From an uncultured Bacteroidota bacterium (GTDB taxonomy: Bacteria > Bacteroidota > Bacteroidia > Bacteroidales > GCA-2748055), in NCBI GenBank assembly GCA_963783435.1, contig CAWANQ010000013.1, positions 7,426 to 71,425 of the forward strand: a stretch of 64,000 nt of DNA, in the 5' to 3' direction. Position 1 is the first letter of the stretch; each line of letters opens with the position of its first letter. Position numbers and translations under genes: made by a program. Shown here in pieces: positions 1-11,761 of this stretch. Below the pieces are notes generated by a model that was given only the letters and a program-made list of their open reading frames with translations, was not told the DNA's origin and searched no databases.

Positions 1-1735
1 CCTCCCTGGATCCGGAGATCTGTCCCTGGGAGACGGGTGGAGTGGAGGGTGATACCATGTATATTGAAGGGCGGCACCTCTATTCAGCCGCAGGGGAGAA
101 AGTAGTTCTTCGTGGAGTGAATGAGATGTTTGTATGGTCCAACGATAAGACCGGATCAAGATTCATTCCTGAAATCGCAAAAACAGGAGCCAACTGTGTA
201 AGGCTGGTCTGGACCGAAGAATATGGTCATAAAAGCGAGTTGATTGAATTAATAGAGCGTTGTATCGATCATAAAATGATTGCCATGCCAGAGCCTCATG
301 ACGCCACCGGAGCCTGGGAAAACCTGGATATCTGCATCAATTTCTGGAATGATCCTGTTCTCATAGATGGGATTCAAAGAAACAAGAAGTGGACCCTGGT
401 GAATGTCGGAAATGAAGTGGGGGATGGGAATGTGACTGCAGCCCAATTTAAGACAGGTTATAAGAGAGCCATTGATTCCTTAAGGGGATGGGGTTATACG
501 GTGCCGCTGGTCATCGATGCAAGCAACTGGGGACAGAATCTGGATGTAATCCTGCAAACCTGGAAGGAGATTCAAGCCCATGATCCGCTTCAAAACATCC
601 TGTTTTCGGTTCACTCCTATTGGTCTGATATCAACAACTACAACCGGGCAGCCAATGCAGCCATTAATGAGGGTTTGCCAATTATCATAGGGGAAGGGCC
701 TTCACCTACAGCCTATCCAAACTGCAAGATCCTCGACTATCAAACCGGACTTGAGGTATGTGGCAGAAATGAGATAGGGTGGATCTCCTGGTCCTGGGGA
801 GGGGTGGCAAATGGACATTGCGTACCGAATTTTGATCACACCCTTAATGGGGTTTTTGGCAACTGGAGGACCAGCTATGCGGCCGATATGATGGTGGATC
901 ACCCCTTTAGCCTCATGCGAACTGCAGAGAAACCTGAATCCTTTTTTACGGATGGTTCTGTTTCCGCTTCAGGGATTTACTTAGATCCAGTGGTTAATGA
1001 ATTGTTTATTGGAGATTCCATTCAGATGGAAGTGCTGGTTACACCTGCAAATGCTGCTCATATGGGGAGTACCCTCTTAATTGAAGGCGATATGGATGCT
1101 GTAAGTTATGATTCCCCTACAGGTAAACTTGTTGCAATTGCTGAAGGAGTCGTGCGCATTACGGCCGTCAGTGAGGAAAATGACCAGGTAAGCTTCAGCA
1201 GGAAGATAGAAGTGAAAAATATACCTGTAAACAGTATATCGATTACTCCGTCGGAAGCTGAAATGGAGGTGGGGGATACCCTCTTCTACCATGTGGAGTT
1301 GCTTCCTGAAAATTCCACGGTAAGGGAGTACTCCATGGAAGTGCTGGATAAAGCAGGCGCCATTCAGTTGGATTCGTCAAGTGGCAGGGTCATAGCCCTG
1401 AAGGAGGGATTGGCGGGTGGTGGTAACAAGTAGCCACGAGGTTTTGACCGACACATTGAGCATCTCGGTATGGGATCATACCTTTACCGGAAACGGAATG
1501 GCTGCTCCAGCCATCAGATTATATCCCAATCCAAATGATGGATTGCTGTATATAGCTTGTGACCATCCATTTGCTTTTGATATGAAAGTTTTGGACCTTG
1601 GGGGGAAAGTGGTATTGAAAAAGAGATACACAGGAAGCGCAAGGATTCGAACGAGATCAGCTTCCCTCTGGCACCTACCTGGTGGTGCACGAGGGCAATG
1701 ATATGATTATCAGACAGAAACTAATTATATTGTGA
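1..1735 (+). pseudogene. GH5-superfamily glycoside hydrolase (probably endo-beta-1,4-mannanase) with Big_2 domains and a T9SS type-A C-terminal sorting domain. It is 5'-partial and its frame is broken twice.
   Basis: The frame is open from base 3, so the gene continues upstream of the window. The catalytic-domain motifs LRGVNEMF and VNVGNEVG are present. Big_2-like repeats follow (GKLVAIAEGVVRITAV, GRVIALKEGLA). The frame shifts near GGG 1415-1417 and again at A5 1618-1622. The third frame ends with a typical T9SS tail, LPSGTYLVVHEGNDMIIRQKLIIL, with the stop at 1733-1735. Confidence 0.7.
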
Positions 1736-1736
1736 T

Positions 1737-2853
1737 ATGAAAAAGTTATGGATTATCGGAAGCCTTCTGGTGTTCGCCCTCAATGTGCGACTGCTGAAGA
1801 TCCGAAGATACTTGGGATTGGTGACGATGCACCCGATTTTAAGCTAATCGGGATTGATAATAAGACCTACACACTGGAGAGCTTCAGGGAATCAAAAATC
1901 TTAATGATTGTATTTACTGCAAATCACTGTCCCACCGCACAGGCCTACGAAGAGCGGATGAAAAAACTCAGTGCAGCCTACGAATCTGCTGAGATGCAGA
2001 TGGTGGCCATCTCTTCCAATCATCCGGAAGCAGTCTGCCTGGAAGAGTTGGGTTATACGGATCTGGGAGATACCTTCGAAGAGATGAAGATCCGTGCTGT
2101 GGATGCCGGGTATAATTTCCCCTACCTGTATGATGGGGAGACCCAGGAGGTGGCTCATGCCTATGGGGCAACGGCTACTCCTCATGTATTTATCCTGGAT
2201 GAGGAGCGTAAATTGCGTTACAGGGGTCGGATCGATGACATGGAGGATCCCTACCAGACACCCACCCATACAGATGCCCGCAATGCGGTGGAAGCGTTGC
2301 TGGCAGGAAAAGACGTGCCCGTGGAGACCACCAGGGCCTTCGGTTGTTCCATGAAATGGAAGTCTAAAATGGAGTGGAAAAAGAAATTGGATACCGACTG
2401 GGCCAATGCCCCCGTGGAGGTGAATGATCTGGATTTGGAGGGATTGAAAGAGTTGCTTCTGAACAAGAGTGATAACATCAGATTAATCAATGTATGGGCC
2501 ACCTGGTGCGGTCCCTGTGTTATTGAGTTCCCCGACCTGGTGAATATGCATCGCATGTATGAGGCCCGTCATTTTGAAGTGGTAGGGATTAGCGTGGACC
2601 GTCCGAATCAGAAGGAGAAGGTGGTCAGTTTCTGGAAGAGAAAGAGGTGCTTTCACCAACTATATCTATACGACCCGATAAGGAACCCATGTTTGAGCTT
2701 ATGGATCCTAACTGGCAGGGCAATATACCCTATACGATGATTGTAATGCCGGGGGGAGATGTGGTGTACCGGCACGACGGGATGATCGATCCTCTGGAAG
2801 TCAGAAAATCAATTATTGAGATTATTGGCCGCTACTTTGCAGATGATCATTAA
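1737..2853 (+). pseudogene. Secreted redoxin (TlpA/AhpC-TSA family) with two thioredoxin-fold domains. It is frameshifted.
   Basis: ATG 1737 encodes the signal peptide MKKLWIIGSLLVFALNV in a different frame from the body of the gene (ORF 1748..2740). Thioredoxin-fold motifs include FTANHCPTAQ and a WCGPC motif (NVWATWCGPCVIEFP). The C-terminal part continues in ORF 2647..2853 (MFELMDPNWQGNIPYTMIVMPGG). Confidence 0.7.
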
Positions 2854-2864
2854 TACTTAATCAG

Positions 2865-3725
2865 ATGAAAAATCTCCGGAACCTTACACTCCTTATGGCC
2901 CTGATATTACTGACAAACTGCAAGTCACCCGTGAAAACACAACAAGAGAATCTGTTGGGGAAAGAGAACCTGGTGGCCTGGTGCATCGTGCCATTTGATG
3001 CGAACGAAAGGACACCCCTTGAAAGGGCGCAGATGCTTAATGAGCTGGGGATCGGGCAGTTTGCCTACGACTATCGGGATAAGCACATTCCCACATTCGA
3101 GGAAGAGATTAATGTGTTGAAAGAGCATCAGATTCACCTCAGCGCCGTCTGGTTGTGGGTCGATCCCGCGGATCCATGGAATAAAGCAAACAAGCGCATT
3201 CTGAAGATCCTTGAAGAGACCGGGACCCGCACAGAGTTGTGGTTGGGGATGCCCGACGGAGCATTTGAGGGTCTTAGCGACCCTGAGAGTCTGAAAGTGG
3301 CTGTTGAAACCGTGAGGCTTATAATTGACCGGGCTCAGGAAGTGGGTTGTACACTGGCCCTCTATAACCATGGGGGATGGTATGGGGAACCGGAGAACCA
3401 GTTGAGGATCATTAAGGCCATCAGCTCAGAAAATATCAAGATCGTGTATAATTTCCACCATGGGCACCACCAGGTGGAAGGGTTTGCGGCCCTGCTTGAC
3501 CAGATGCTTCCCTACCTCTCAACCATTAACATCAATGGCATGAAGATCGAAGGTCCCAAGATCATCACCCTGGGAGAAGGAGACAAGGAGCTTGAGATGC
3601 TCAGGGCCATTCAAAACTCAGGATATACCGGACCCATCGGCATTCTTGGTCACACCGAAGGGGAGGACATTCAGGTGGTTCTGGAACGAAATCTTAAAGG
3701 CCTGGAAAACTTCAAAAGTCACTAA
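2865..3725 (+). CDS. Sugar phosphate isomerase/epimerase (xylose-isomerase-like TIM barrel), lipoprotein signal
   Basis: Intact 286-aa ORF. The N-terminus has a lipobox-like sequence, LLTNC. The overall pattern matches TIM-barrel AP-endonuclease-2/xylose-isomerase-like proteins (YNHGGWYGEPENQ, FHHGHH). Confidence 0.6.
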   Translation: MKNLRNLTLLMALILLTNCKSPVKTQQENLLGKENLVAWCIVPFDANERTPLERAQMLNELGIGQFAYDYRDKHIPTFEEEINVLKEHQIHLSAVWLWVDPADPWNKANKRILKILEETGTRTELWLGMPDGAFEGLSDPESLKVAVETVRLIIDRAQEVGCTLALYNHGGWYGEPENQLRIIKAISSENIKIVYNFHHGHHQVEGFAALLDQMLPYLSTININGMKIEGPKIITLGEGDKELEMLRAIQNSGYTGPIGILGHTEGEDIQVVLERNLKGLENFKSH

Positions 3726-3735
3726 TCACCAGTCA

Positions 3736-4750
3736 CTAATCGCCGGTCATCACCTTTTTAAAGAAGGCACCCTGACGGGTGGGGGTGTAGTCCCAATCGG
3801 TATACATAAAGGGCGACCAGTTGGGGTCAAAGCACCAGACCACCCACGAGATTCCCCTCTTTGCGGTGAAGTCCACCAGCGCTTTCCCATAGGTTTCATC
3901 TCCGTGCACGGGAATATGAACTCCCTTTTCTTCGGGAAGGGCAAATCCGATTTCTGTCAGGATCACAGGATACTTCTCAGCCACAAATCCCCAATCAGCT
4001 TCCCACTGATCTTCCCAGGGAGCTTTCCGCTTTTCGGGATAGGGGTGACTCACATAGGCGATACCCTTCCGCATCAACGGGATCCTCCTTGACGGGAATC
4101 AGGTCGTAGGCCCAGTTAAATCCGGCCACCAGGACCAGGGCTTCGGCATGTTCCTTACGGATGATTTTCACCATCTCTTCATTCATCTTCTTCCACTCAC
4201 TCCAGGTCATGGTTCCGAACCGGTCCCCCGAGATGGTGGGTTCGTTATAGAGTTCATACATGGCCACTATGGGTTCATCCGCATATTGGCGAGCCACAGT
4301 TTGCCAGAAATTGTGGGTTTCCTTCACCGTAGTGACGTACATCTCATGTTGGAACTTCTCTTCCTTCAGGTTGCCAATGGAGTGCCAGTCCAGGATTAAA
4401 TACAAACCCAGTTCGCGGGCCCATTCCACTCCCTGGTCTAAAATCCGGAGGTACTCCTTCTCACCCCGCTCTCTCCAGGCCCTGGGATGAATGGGTAGTC
4501 TGACAATATTGGCTCCCCACTTTTTGGCCTCTTCAAAGTGGGATTTGGTCCAGTGGCCATCCTCTTCCAGGTTGTGAGGGTCCCTGATGTTGACACCCTG
4601 GAAGATCATGGTCTTGCCCGATTCATTTACAAACTTATTTCCTTCGATGCGGATCCACTCTGTAGGTTTTCCGTTTTGTGAATAGACAGGAGTCTGGATC
4701 AGCATAAACATCAGGCCAATCAGTATAATGGAGAGCGAGGTTCTTTTCAT
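3736..4750 (-). pseudogene. GH5 cellulase-family glycoside hydrolase, one frameshift
   Basis: Signal peptide MKRTSLSIILIGLMFMLIQTPVYSQ. The acid/base motif is YELYNEPT and the nucleophile region is VILTEIGF. The two halves lie in ORFs 3995..4750 and 3736..4077 and join at CCC 4064-4066 (a GGG run on the coding strand). Confidence 0.75.
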
Positions 4751-4792
4751 GGGATTAATTTTCTTGAAATTCAGATATATAATGGTTTACGG

Positions 4793-6868
4793 TTATTCAT
4801 TGTAGTTCCAGTCCAGGCCATACTGGTCTGAGAGGTCCAGCCGGGGCATGGGCCCATCCAATGGATGAAGGTCCTTTACATACCAGTCCAGCCACTCCAT
4901 CTGGCGGTAGAGCACATCGATCTGTCCCACCTGTTTCCGGTTCCCGTGTCCCTCTCCGGGGTACTGGACCAGGCGAACGGCCGGATGGTCATTCATTTTC
5001 ATGCGCCTGTAGAGTTCAAAACTCTGTGAAGGATGAACCCGGGTATCGGCGGCACCCCCATAAATGAGGGTAGCGGTCTTGCTCTGGTGTGCCCAGAATA
5101 CGGGGCTTCGCTCCAGAGCCAGCTGCCATTGCTCTTCCAGTTTTTTCCCTGAGTGTACGTAAAGTTCTTCATAAGCTATATCGGTGGTTCCCCTTTTGCT
5201 GATGTTGTTGCTAATGCCCACAAACATACAAACCGCTTTCACATACTTTGTGTAATAAGTGGCAAACCAGCCGGAAGCATAACCTCCATAGGATCCACCA
5301 GCCATACCCACCCTTTCAGGATCGGCGCCCTTCTCCTTCACGGCCCATTCGATGCCGTCGGCAATGTCATCAAATTCGGTTCCTGCAGGATCCATAAATC
5401 CCTCCATGGCGAAATCCACTCCGTAACCGGTACTTGCTCTGTAGTTGAGGTACAAAACCAGGTAGCCTTTGCCTGCCATTACCTGCCCGGGTGTGGAATA
5501 CCTGCTTAGCCAACCATTGGAATGGTGCGATTCGGGTCCTCCATGCACATACACCACAAGGGGATAGTTCTTGCTTTTGTCATAATCCACCGGATGAATC
5601 ATCAATCCTTCAATCTCCACCCCATCCCTGGCCATATATTTAAAAACCTCCTGTTTACCCAAAGATTTTCCTGACAGATCCGGATTGATATCGGTGAGTT
5701 TTACGATCTCCTTTTTTCCATTCCAGTGATACAGGTTGCCCGGATCATTGGGTGTGGAGGCTGAGAATACAAAGTTTTTGAAGTCGGCAGTATACCGGGG
5801 TGTATTGAAAATAAGACCACTCTCTTCAGCGTCCAGCAGGAGTTCTCGTTTTGCACCAGTCAGAGTGACACTGTAGAGTTTCGGATAAACCCCTTCACCT
5901 GCGGTATAGAGTAAGGTATTGCTGTCCTTCCAGTCCACATGGCTCACATGGCCCCTGTATTTTTCTGGTGTATAGTTGCTTACAACGCCGGTTTGAAGAT
6001 TTACCACAAATGCCTGACTTACCTGGTGGTCGTTGATATTTAATGCGGCTGCATAAGCCAGGTGCTTTCCATCCGGACTAAAAGCATAATTGCCCAGTTT
6101 TCCCTGGTTTTCAGAGATCTGTTTCAGGTCGCCACTGGCCAGATCAATGAGGTAGATTTTCCGGAACATATACCTGTGGTCGATGAGGTTTTTTGGGGAA
6201 ATGCTGGCGGCTATCTTGTTCCCCTGTTTGTTAAACTCAAAATCCCAGGTCTGACCCTCTTCAGTGAGTTGCCACACCCAGGCCTGCTTCCAGTTTTCAT
6301 CATACCGTGCCACATACAGGTGGCTGTTTTTCAGGTTCTCTTCATAGTATATAAAATCATAACCCCGTTTCTTCAGCTCTTTATCTTTGCCGGAAGGTGC
6401 AGCGCTGCTTATATACCCAATTCCTCTATCTCCGGGCAGCCATCGAAAACTGGAAATCCCACCTTCTTCATGGGTGAGGCTGAACATTTCTCCGCCTCCT
6501 ACAGGCATGGCCCACACTTGTCGGGGTTCTCCCTTTTCTGCATAGAGAAAGCCAATGTACTGTCCATCCGGACTGTATTGAGGCGATCCTCCCTTAACCT
6601 TCTCTTTAAAAAGAGGGCTTGGGCTCTTCTGGGCCACTGACATACGGAAATATTCTGATTTTGATCCACCTGCCGGTTCGTTGGGTCCACGTGGGGTTGA
6701 GACCGAATAGATAAGCTCGGTTCCATCGGGACTTAACTGGGGACTACCCACAGATTTTAATCCCAGGAGGTCTGGTGCTGTGAGTACATTTTGTGCGGAG
6801 ATGGGAAGTGCCAATCCGAGGAAAAGTGCCATCAGAGAGATCTGGTAGGCCTTCAGTTTCAGCTTCAT
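4793..6868 (-). CDS. S9 family serine peptidase (prolyl oligopeptidase/acylaminoacyl-peptidase type) with an N-terminal beta-propeller
   Basis: Intact 691-aa ORF with a signal peptide. The nucleophile elbow GGSYGGY is present. Propeller-like repeats resemble TolB/WD40-like domains (SPDGTELIY, SPDGQYIGF, SPDGKHLAY). Confidence 0.8.
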   Translation of the reverse strand: MKLKLKAYQISLMALFLGLALPISAQNVLTAPDLLGLKSVGSPQLSPDGTELIYSVSTPRGPNEPAGGSKSEYFRMSVAQKSPSPLFKEKVKGGSPQYSPDGQYIGFLYAEKGEPRQVWAMPVGGGEMFSLTHEEGGISSFRWLPGDRGIGYISSAAPSGKDKELKKRGYDFIYYEENLKNSHLYVARYDENWKQAWVWQLTEEGQTWDFEFNKQGNKIAASISPKNLIDHRYMFRKIYLIDLASGDLKQISENQGKLGNYAFSPDGKHLAYAAALNINDHQVSQAFVVNLQTGVVSNYTPEKYRGHVSHVDWKDSNTLLYTAGEGVYPKLYSVTLTGAKRELLLDAEESGLIFNTPRYTADFKNFVFSASTPNDPGNLYHWNGKKEIVKLTDINPDLSGKSLGKQEVFKYMARDGVEIEGLMIHPVDYDKSKNYPLVVYVHGGPESHHSNGWLSRYSTPGQVMAGKGYLVLYLNYRASTGYGVDFAMEGFMDPAGTEFDDIADGIEWAVKEKGADPERVGMAGGSYGGYASGWFATYYTKYVKAVCMFVGISNNISKRGTTDIAYEELYVHSGKKLEEQWQLALERSPVFWAHQSKTATLIYGGAADTRVHPSQSFELYRRMKMNDHPAVRLVQYPGEGHGNRKQVGQIDVLYRQMEWLDWYVKDLHPLDGPMPRLDLSDQYGLDWNYNE

Positions 6869-7000
6869 TATTTTATGTTTTAGGATTGGATAAAGGTAAA
6901 AATTACCCCGTAATGCGGCTTGTTAATAGTGATAAATATTTGGATTCAAATATTAAGTTGCCGTATATTTAGGCAGTTAGCTAACCTTAATTGAACCATT

Positions 7001-7423
7001 ATGAAAGAATTAAAGATCAATTATCTGGCTGTTCTGGTGGCAGTGGTCCTGCAGTTTGTTCTGGGTTTTCTCTGGTATGGTCCTCTTTTTGGAGAACCCT
7101 GGATGGAGATGGTCGGTCTCGACATGGCCACCGTAGAGGCAAATCCACCTGGAGCAGAAATCTGGATCTCCAATGTGATCTCAGCCGGACTGGCCATGTT
7201 TGTACTGGCCTGGCTTTTTGTTAAGCTGAAGGTGGAATCTCTGGGCAGGGGCGTTTGGGTGGCCTTCGTACTGGGATTTTCTTTTGTTCTGATGTCAGGT
7301 ATGATTTCGGGCTTTTACGCTGATGATCCCTACTGGCTTAACTGGATTACAGCGGGTAATACCACTGTGGGAATGATGCTGGGAGGTGCTGTGCTGGGAG
7401 CCTGGAGGAAATATCAAGCCTAG
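7001..7423 (+). CDS. DUF1761 family membrane protein
   Basis: 140-aa hydrophobic ORF. The N-terminus INYLAVLVAVVLQFVLGFLWYGPLFG is typical of DUF1761. Confidence 0.55.
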   Translation: MKELKINYLAVLVAVVLQFVLGFLWYGPLFGEPWMEMVGLDMATVEANPPGAEIWISNVISAGLAMFVLAWLFVKLKVESLGRGVWVAFVLGFSFVLMSGMISGFYADDPYWLNWITAGNTTVGMMLGGAVLGAWRKYQA

Positions 7424-9843
7424 GGCTCAAGCAGGGTGGATCTGTTGTGAGCCAGGGGAAAGTTCATGGATTTGCCCTTTCCACACGATCTTACCATATG
7501 TAGCGGGAGGCAATTCGATATGGGCTTCCAGTTTTTTCCCGGGATTATGAAAATATTCCATCTTAATGGTACCCTTGGGGTGAGGCATGTTGCCTTTACA
7601 TGTTTGAGGTTCCCCAGGTGGGGCGTAAGAAGGATTTCCCGAAAACCGGGTAGTCCCGGATTAATGCCGCAGACAATAGATAGAAGGTGATAATTGGGAG
7701 AAGCGCCCCATGCGTGGCAATCGGATCTTTCGTCATAGTCTCCCTCCTCCCAGGTAGTAAGCCCTTTATCGATCATCTCCTTCCAGGGACCAAGCATTTG
7801 GAGGTAGTCATCTCCAAAACCCGATTTATACATGGCCTCAAACAGGTAAAAACGGTAATAGATGGTAGTCTGTACCAGGGAGCTATCTTTCAGAACCTGT
7901 TGCATGACAGCAGACTGTTGGGAAGGGGGAATGCAATCGGTGAGAATTCCAAATATATTGGTGTGCTGAGAGAACTCCTTCTTCTGGGGGGTGTCTGCCA
8001 GTAAACCCCTCTCCCCATCAAAGCAGAGGTCAAATACTGCCCTTTTAATCTGCAGGGAAATATTGGAATATCGGTTTGCATTGTAGGTGTCATTGAAATA
8101 GGCAAATAGATGGGAAGCGCGGTCCAAAGCATATGCAAAATTGAGGGAGATCAGTGCAGATCCTCCCAGATCCACTCCCGGGGGTGATCCCACCATAAAT
8201 CCTTCGGTCCAGTCAGTAAAATTGAGCCATTCGAGTCCGCCCATCAAACCATCCTCCCTTAATCTGCGTTCGAACCAACCCAGTACCGCCTGGATACCAG
8301 GGAGAAAGGATCTGACAAATTCATCGTCGGATCTATGCATGTGAGTAATCATGCACCATATCCACCCAGTAGAGGGAGAAGGGAGGGATAATCTGAGGAA
8401 TGGCTGAAGGAGCCCTGGAAAGGGTAAGCCCATCGGGGAGCCTTGAATGATCGGCCTGCATCAGGGTATTTCTCATGAGGCGATCATCCCCGGTCACATA
8501 GAGTGAGATCAGGGCCTGGATCCGGGTATCACCCAGGTATTGAAGCTGTTCATAGTAGGGACAGTCCATGTAGGTTTCTGCGGCACAGAGTCTTGCAGTT
8601 CTCCATCCTATTTCCTGTACACGATCGAGGAATTTATCTTCGGTAGATACATGGGCAATCTTTTGGAAAGGGTAGGCAGAAAAAAGCCCATCGAGCTGGT
8701 TGATGATAAGAGGCTCCTCTTCCGTTCGAATCTCCAGTTGCAGATATCGGTAGGTGCGGGTGGTCAGTGTCTGATAGAGGCGGTCTGTTCCACCCTCAGG
8801 GAGAATCAGGTCGTAGTAACCAATCATCTGTTTCCCTTCTACCTGGTTTCTGTTCCCCTTCCGAAGGTCCTCCCTGGTAGAGTGTTTCTGCATAGGTAAT
8901 CTTAAGCTCCGAACCATGGCCCCCGGTAAGATTGATGCGGGGGTAGGTGGTGGTGAGAAACTCCTGATCCAGAAGAATCTTGCAGGAGGTAAGCGGAGGA
9001 ATGGTCAAAGGGTTTTCTCCGAAGGTGAATTCGGTCGGGAAGTTCAATTCCTTCAGTTGTTCGCACGAGGCTTATGGGTTCAGGCCTCTGTTCCATTTGA
9101 GGGATGTTGCGTGGTACCAGCATCCAGGGCACACCGTGCATATATCCGCGGCCTACACCTTTGGTGATAACAGCCGGCTTGCTCCAGTGGGAATCGTCAA
9201 ATTCCGGGTTTTTCCACCCCCAGGGAAAATCCGATCCACGGATGCTTTCGGTGGGTCCTGCCACGTAGTATCCGCGAACTACCTCTCTGGTTACCTCAAT
9301 GGGATCATAGGCCAGATTCTGATGAATGAGCCACTTCCCGGGTGTATTCAGGGTGCTACCCCATGGACCTTGAGCCTGGAAAATAAAGGCAGTTTGATAA
9401 GAAAACTGGGCTGCAGGACGATATTCCCCCATGTTAAAGACTTCTGCTGTAATTACATTTTCTCCTTCTACCAGGTAGGGGGCAATATTCACTGTTTCGT
9501 ACCTCCAGTGCATCAGGGAACCCCTGGCTGGTCCTGAAGACACCTCTTTTCCATTCACATACAATCGATAGCGGTTGTCGGCTGAAACGTAAACCACCAG
9601 GCTATCGGGTATGGATTCGAGGGTAAGCAGGTTCCGCAGGTTAAAGACCCCATAAGCAGTCCGGGAAGCTGAAGGATGGGTGATCCAGGAGGCTGCCCAG
9701 GCATGCCTCTCATGATCCCAGTCGGTGTTTACTAAAATCTCATTCTCCTGGCTCCATCCCTCAGAAAGAAATGAAGTACAGATGAATAAGGCGGTAGCCA
9801 GAGTGGTGATATTTAGTGCCTTAAAAATATTGCTTAGTTTTAT
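7420..9843 (-). pseudogene. GH78 alpha-L-rhamnosidase, three frameshifts and no canonical start codon
   Basis: The pieces are ORFs 8902..9597, 8796..9047, 8333..8917 and 7420..8433. Rhamnosidase-like motifs include VSADNRYRLYVNGKEVSSGPARG, YMDCPYYEQLQYLGDTR and CHAWGASP. Frame changes lie at GGG 9037-9039, CCC 8871-8873 and about 8337-8345. The signal-peptide-like N-terminus KLSNIFKALNITTLATALFICTSFLS is preceded in frame by ATA (9843-9841), ATT, TTT and then a TAA stop. Confidence 0.75.
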
Positions 9844-9885
9844 AATAAATTATTTTTAAAGATATAATTATTTAAACATCGAATC

Positions 9886-10689
9886 ATGAGACCATCCTTG
9901 ATCTTCATACTCACCCTGTCATTTTCTCTGATACAGGCACAGGAGAGGCCTCCGAAATCATTTCAATGGCCCGAGGGAACCAGGGCAGCAGTGTGTCTTA
10001 CCTATGACGATGGATTGGATTGCCATCTGGATGTGGCCATGCCGGCCCTGGAGAAATATGGATTGAAAGGGACCTTCTATGCCACCGGATTCTCCTCTTC
10101 TCTCTTTACCAGATGGATGAGTGGAGGGAATGGGCATGAAGGGATAGAGATTGGAAACCATACCCTTTTTCATCCCTGTAATGGGGATCAGTTTCGATTG
10201 GGTTAAGCCAGAGTATGACCTGAATAAATACACCATGGACCAGCTCCGCAATGAACTCCGAACAGCCAATACCCTCCTGACAGCAATTGATGGCGAGCAG
10301 GAGAGGAGCTATGCTTATACCTGCGGTAACTATACCATTGATGGGGTTTCGTTTATAGACTCTATCCGGGGCATGTTTCCTTCGGCCCGGGGAGCTGGCG
10401 ATCGAATTAAAGCCACATGGATCAGTTGGATACCCACTATGTACCCAGCTGGGGAGTTGCTGATCCCACAGGCGATGAACTGATCGCCTATGTTCAGGAG
10501 GCTGAGAAGATGGGTACCATTGCGGTATTTATGTTCCACAGTGTGGGCGGGGGCTATCTGAATGTTTCGTCAGAAGCCCATGAGCAACTGTTGGAATACC
10601 TGCAGCAGAACAGGAAAAAAGTCTGGACCGATACCTTCCTGAATGTAATGGATTACTACATCAGTATAATGCCGGATTTGCGGCAATGA
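9886..10689 (+). pseudogene. Polysaccharide deacetylase (CE4/NodB-like), two frameshifts
   Basis: Signal peptide, then CLTYDDG and IGNHTLFHPC motifs. The frame changes at GGGG 10183-10186 and near 10412-10416. The last piece contains FMFHSVGGGYLNVS. Confidence 0.65.
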
Positions 10690-11690
10690 TCGTGCATCTG
10701 TCCGGGCCACAGACTGGCCTGAACCTCTCCTATATGCGCTTTCCGAAGAAAATACATGCAGAGTCGCGATTGGCCAATGCCACCACCCACCGACTCGGGA
10801 TACTCCCCTGCAAGAAGTCTTTTGTGGAAGAGCAGTTCGGTCCGTTCCGATTTCCCCTGTAGCTCCAGTTGCCTGAGAAGGGCAGTTTTATCCACCCTGA
10901 TTCCCATGGATGAGAGCTCAAACGCATCTTCCAGGATGGGGTTCCAGACCACGATATCTCCATTCAGTCCTTTGAAACCATTTTCGGTGGGAGTGGACCA
11001 GTCGTCGTAATCTGGTGCCCTGCCATCATGGACCTTCCCATTGGCCAGTTCACTTCCGATTCCAATGATAAAGACCGCGCCCATCTCTTTGGCTATTTTG
11101 CGTTCCCGATCTTTGGGATTCAGGTCGGGATACCTCTCAAGCAGCTCTTCTGCATGGATAAAATGGATGGCATCAGGCAAAATGGGAAAGATGTCCGGAT
11201 GGTTTTCATAAACAATAAACTCGGTGCGCTTGATCACCGAAAAAATCTGGGTTACAATGTGCTTCAGGGTAGCCAGGGTACGATCTTCGGGGAGAAGTAT
11301 CTTCTCCCAGTCCCACTGATCCACATATATGGAGTGTATATTATCCAGCTCCTCATCGGGGCGCAATGCATTCATATCCGTATAGAGACCGTAGTTATTG
11401 GCAATCTCGTAATCGGCCAGCATCATTCTTTTCCATTTGGCAAGAGAGTGTACAATCTCTGCAGTGGTGCCCTCCATATCCTTCACTTCGAAAGATACAG
11501 GTCGTTCGGTGCCATTCAGATCGTCGTTGATACCCGTTCCTCTTTGCACAAAAAGAGGAGCAGTCACCCTTCTTAGTTTTAACTCAGCTGCCAGGTTGGA
11601 TTCAAAAAAGTCCTTCACCACTTTAATGGCTCTTTCAGTTTCTTTCAGCGAGAGACTGGTGCTGTAATTTTTCGGGATAACCAGTTTCAT
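10656..11690 (-). CDS. asnA: Aspartate--ammonia ligase (asparagine synthetase A)
   Basis: Intact 344-aa ORF. The N-terminus LSLKETERAIKVVKDFFESNLAAELKLRRVTAPLF and the overall length are typical of AsnA. Confidence 0.85.
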   Translation of the reverse strand: MKLVIPKNYSTSLSLKETERAIKVVKDFFESNLAAELKLRRVTAPLFVQRGTGINDDLNGTERPVSFEVKDMEGTTAEIVHSLAKWKRMMLADYEIANNYGLYTDMNALRPDEELDNIHSIYVDQWDWEKILLPEDRTLATLKHIVTQIFSVIKRTEFIVYENHPDIFPILPDAIHFIHAEELLERYPDLNPKDRERKIAKEMGAVFIIGIGSELANGKVHDGRAPDYDDWSTPTENGFKGLNGDIVVWNPILEDAFELSSMGIRVDKTALLRQLELQGKSERTELLFHKRLLAGEYPESVGGGIGQSRLCMYFLRKAHIGEVQASLWPGQMHDHCRKSGIILM

Positions 11691-11761
11691 GATTCCTTAA
11701 AGTTAAATGGGTTGCAATGCCTACAAATAACCAATTAAAAAATCAGATATCAAAATGAAGT

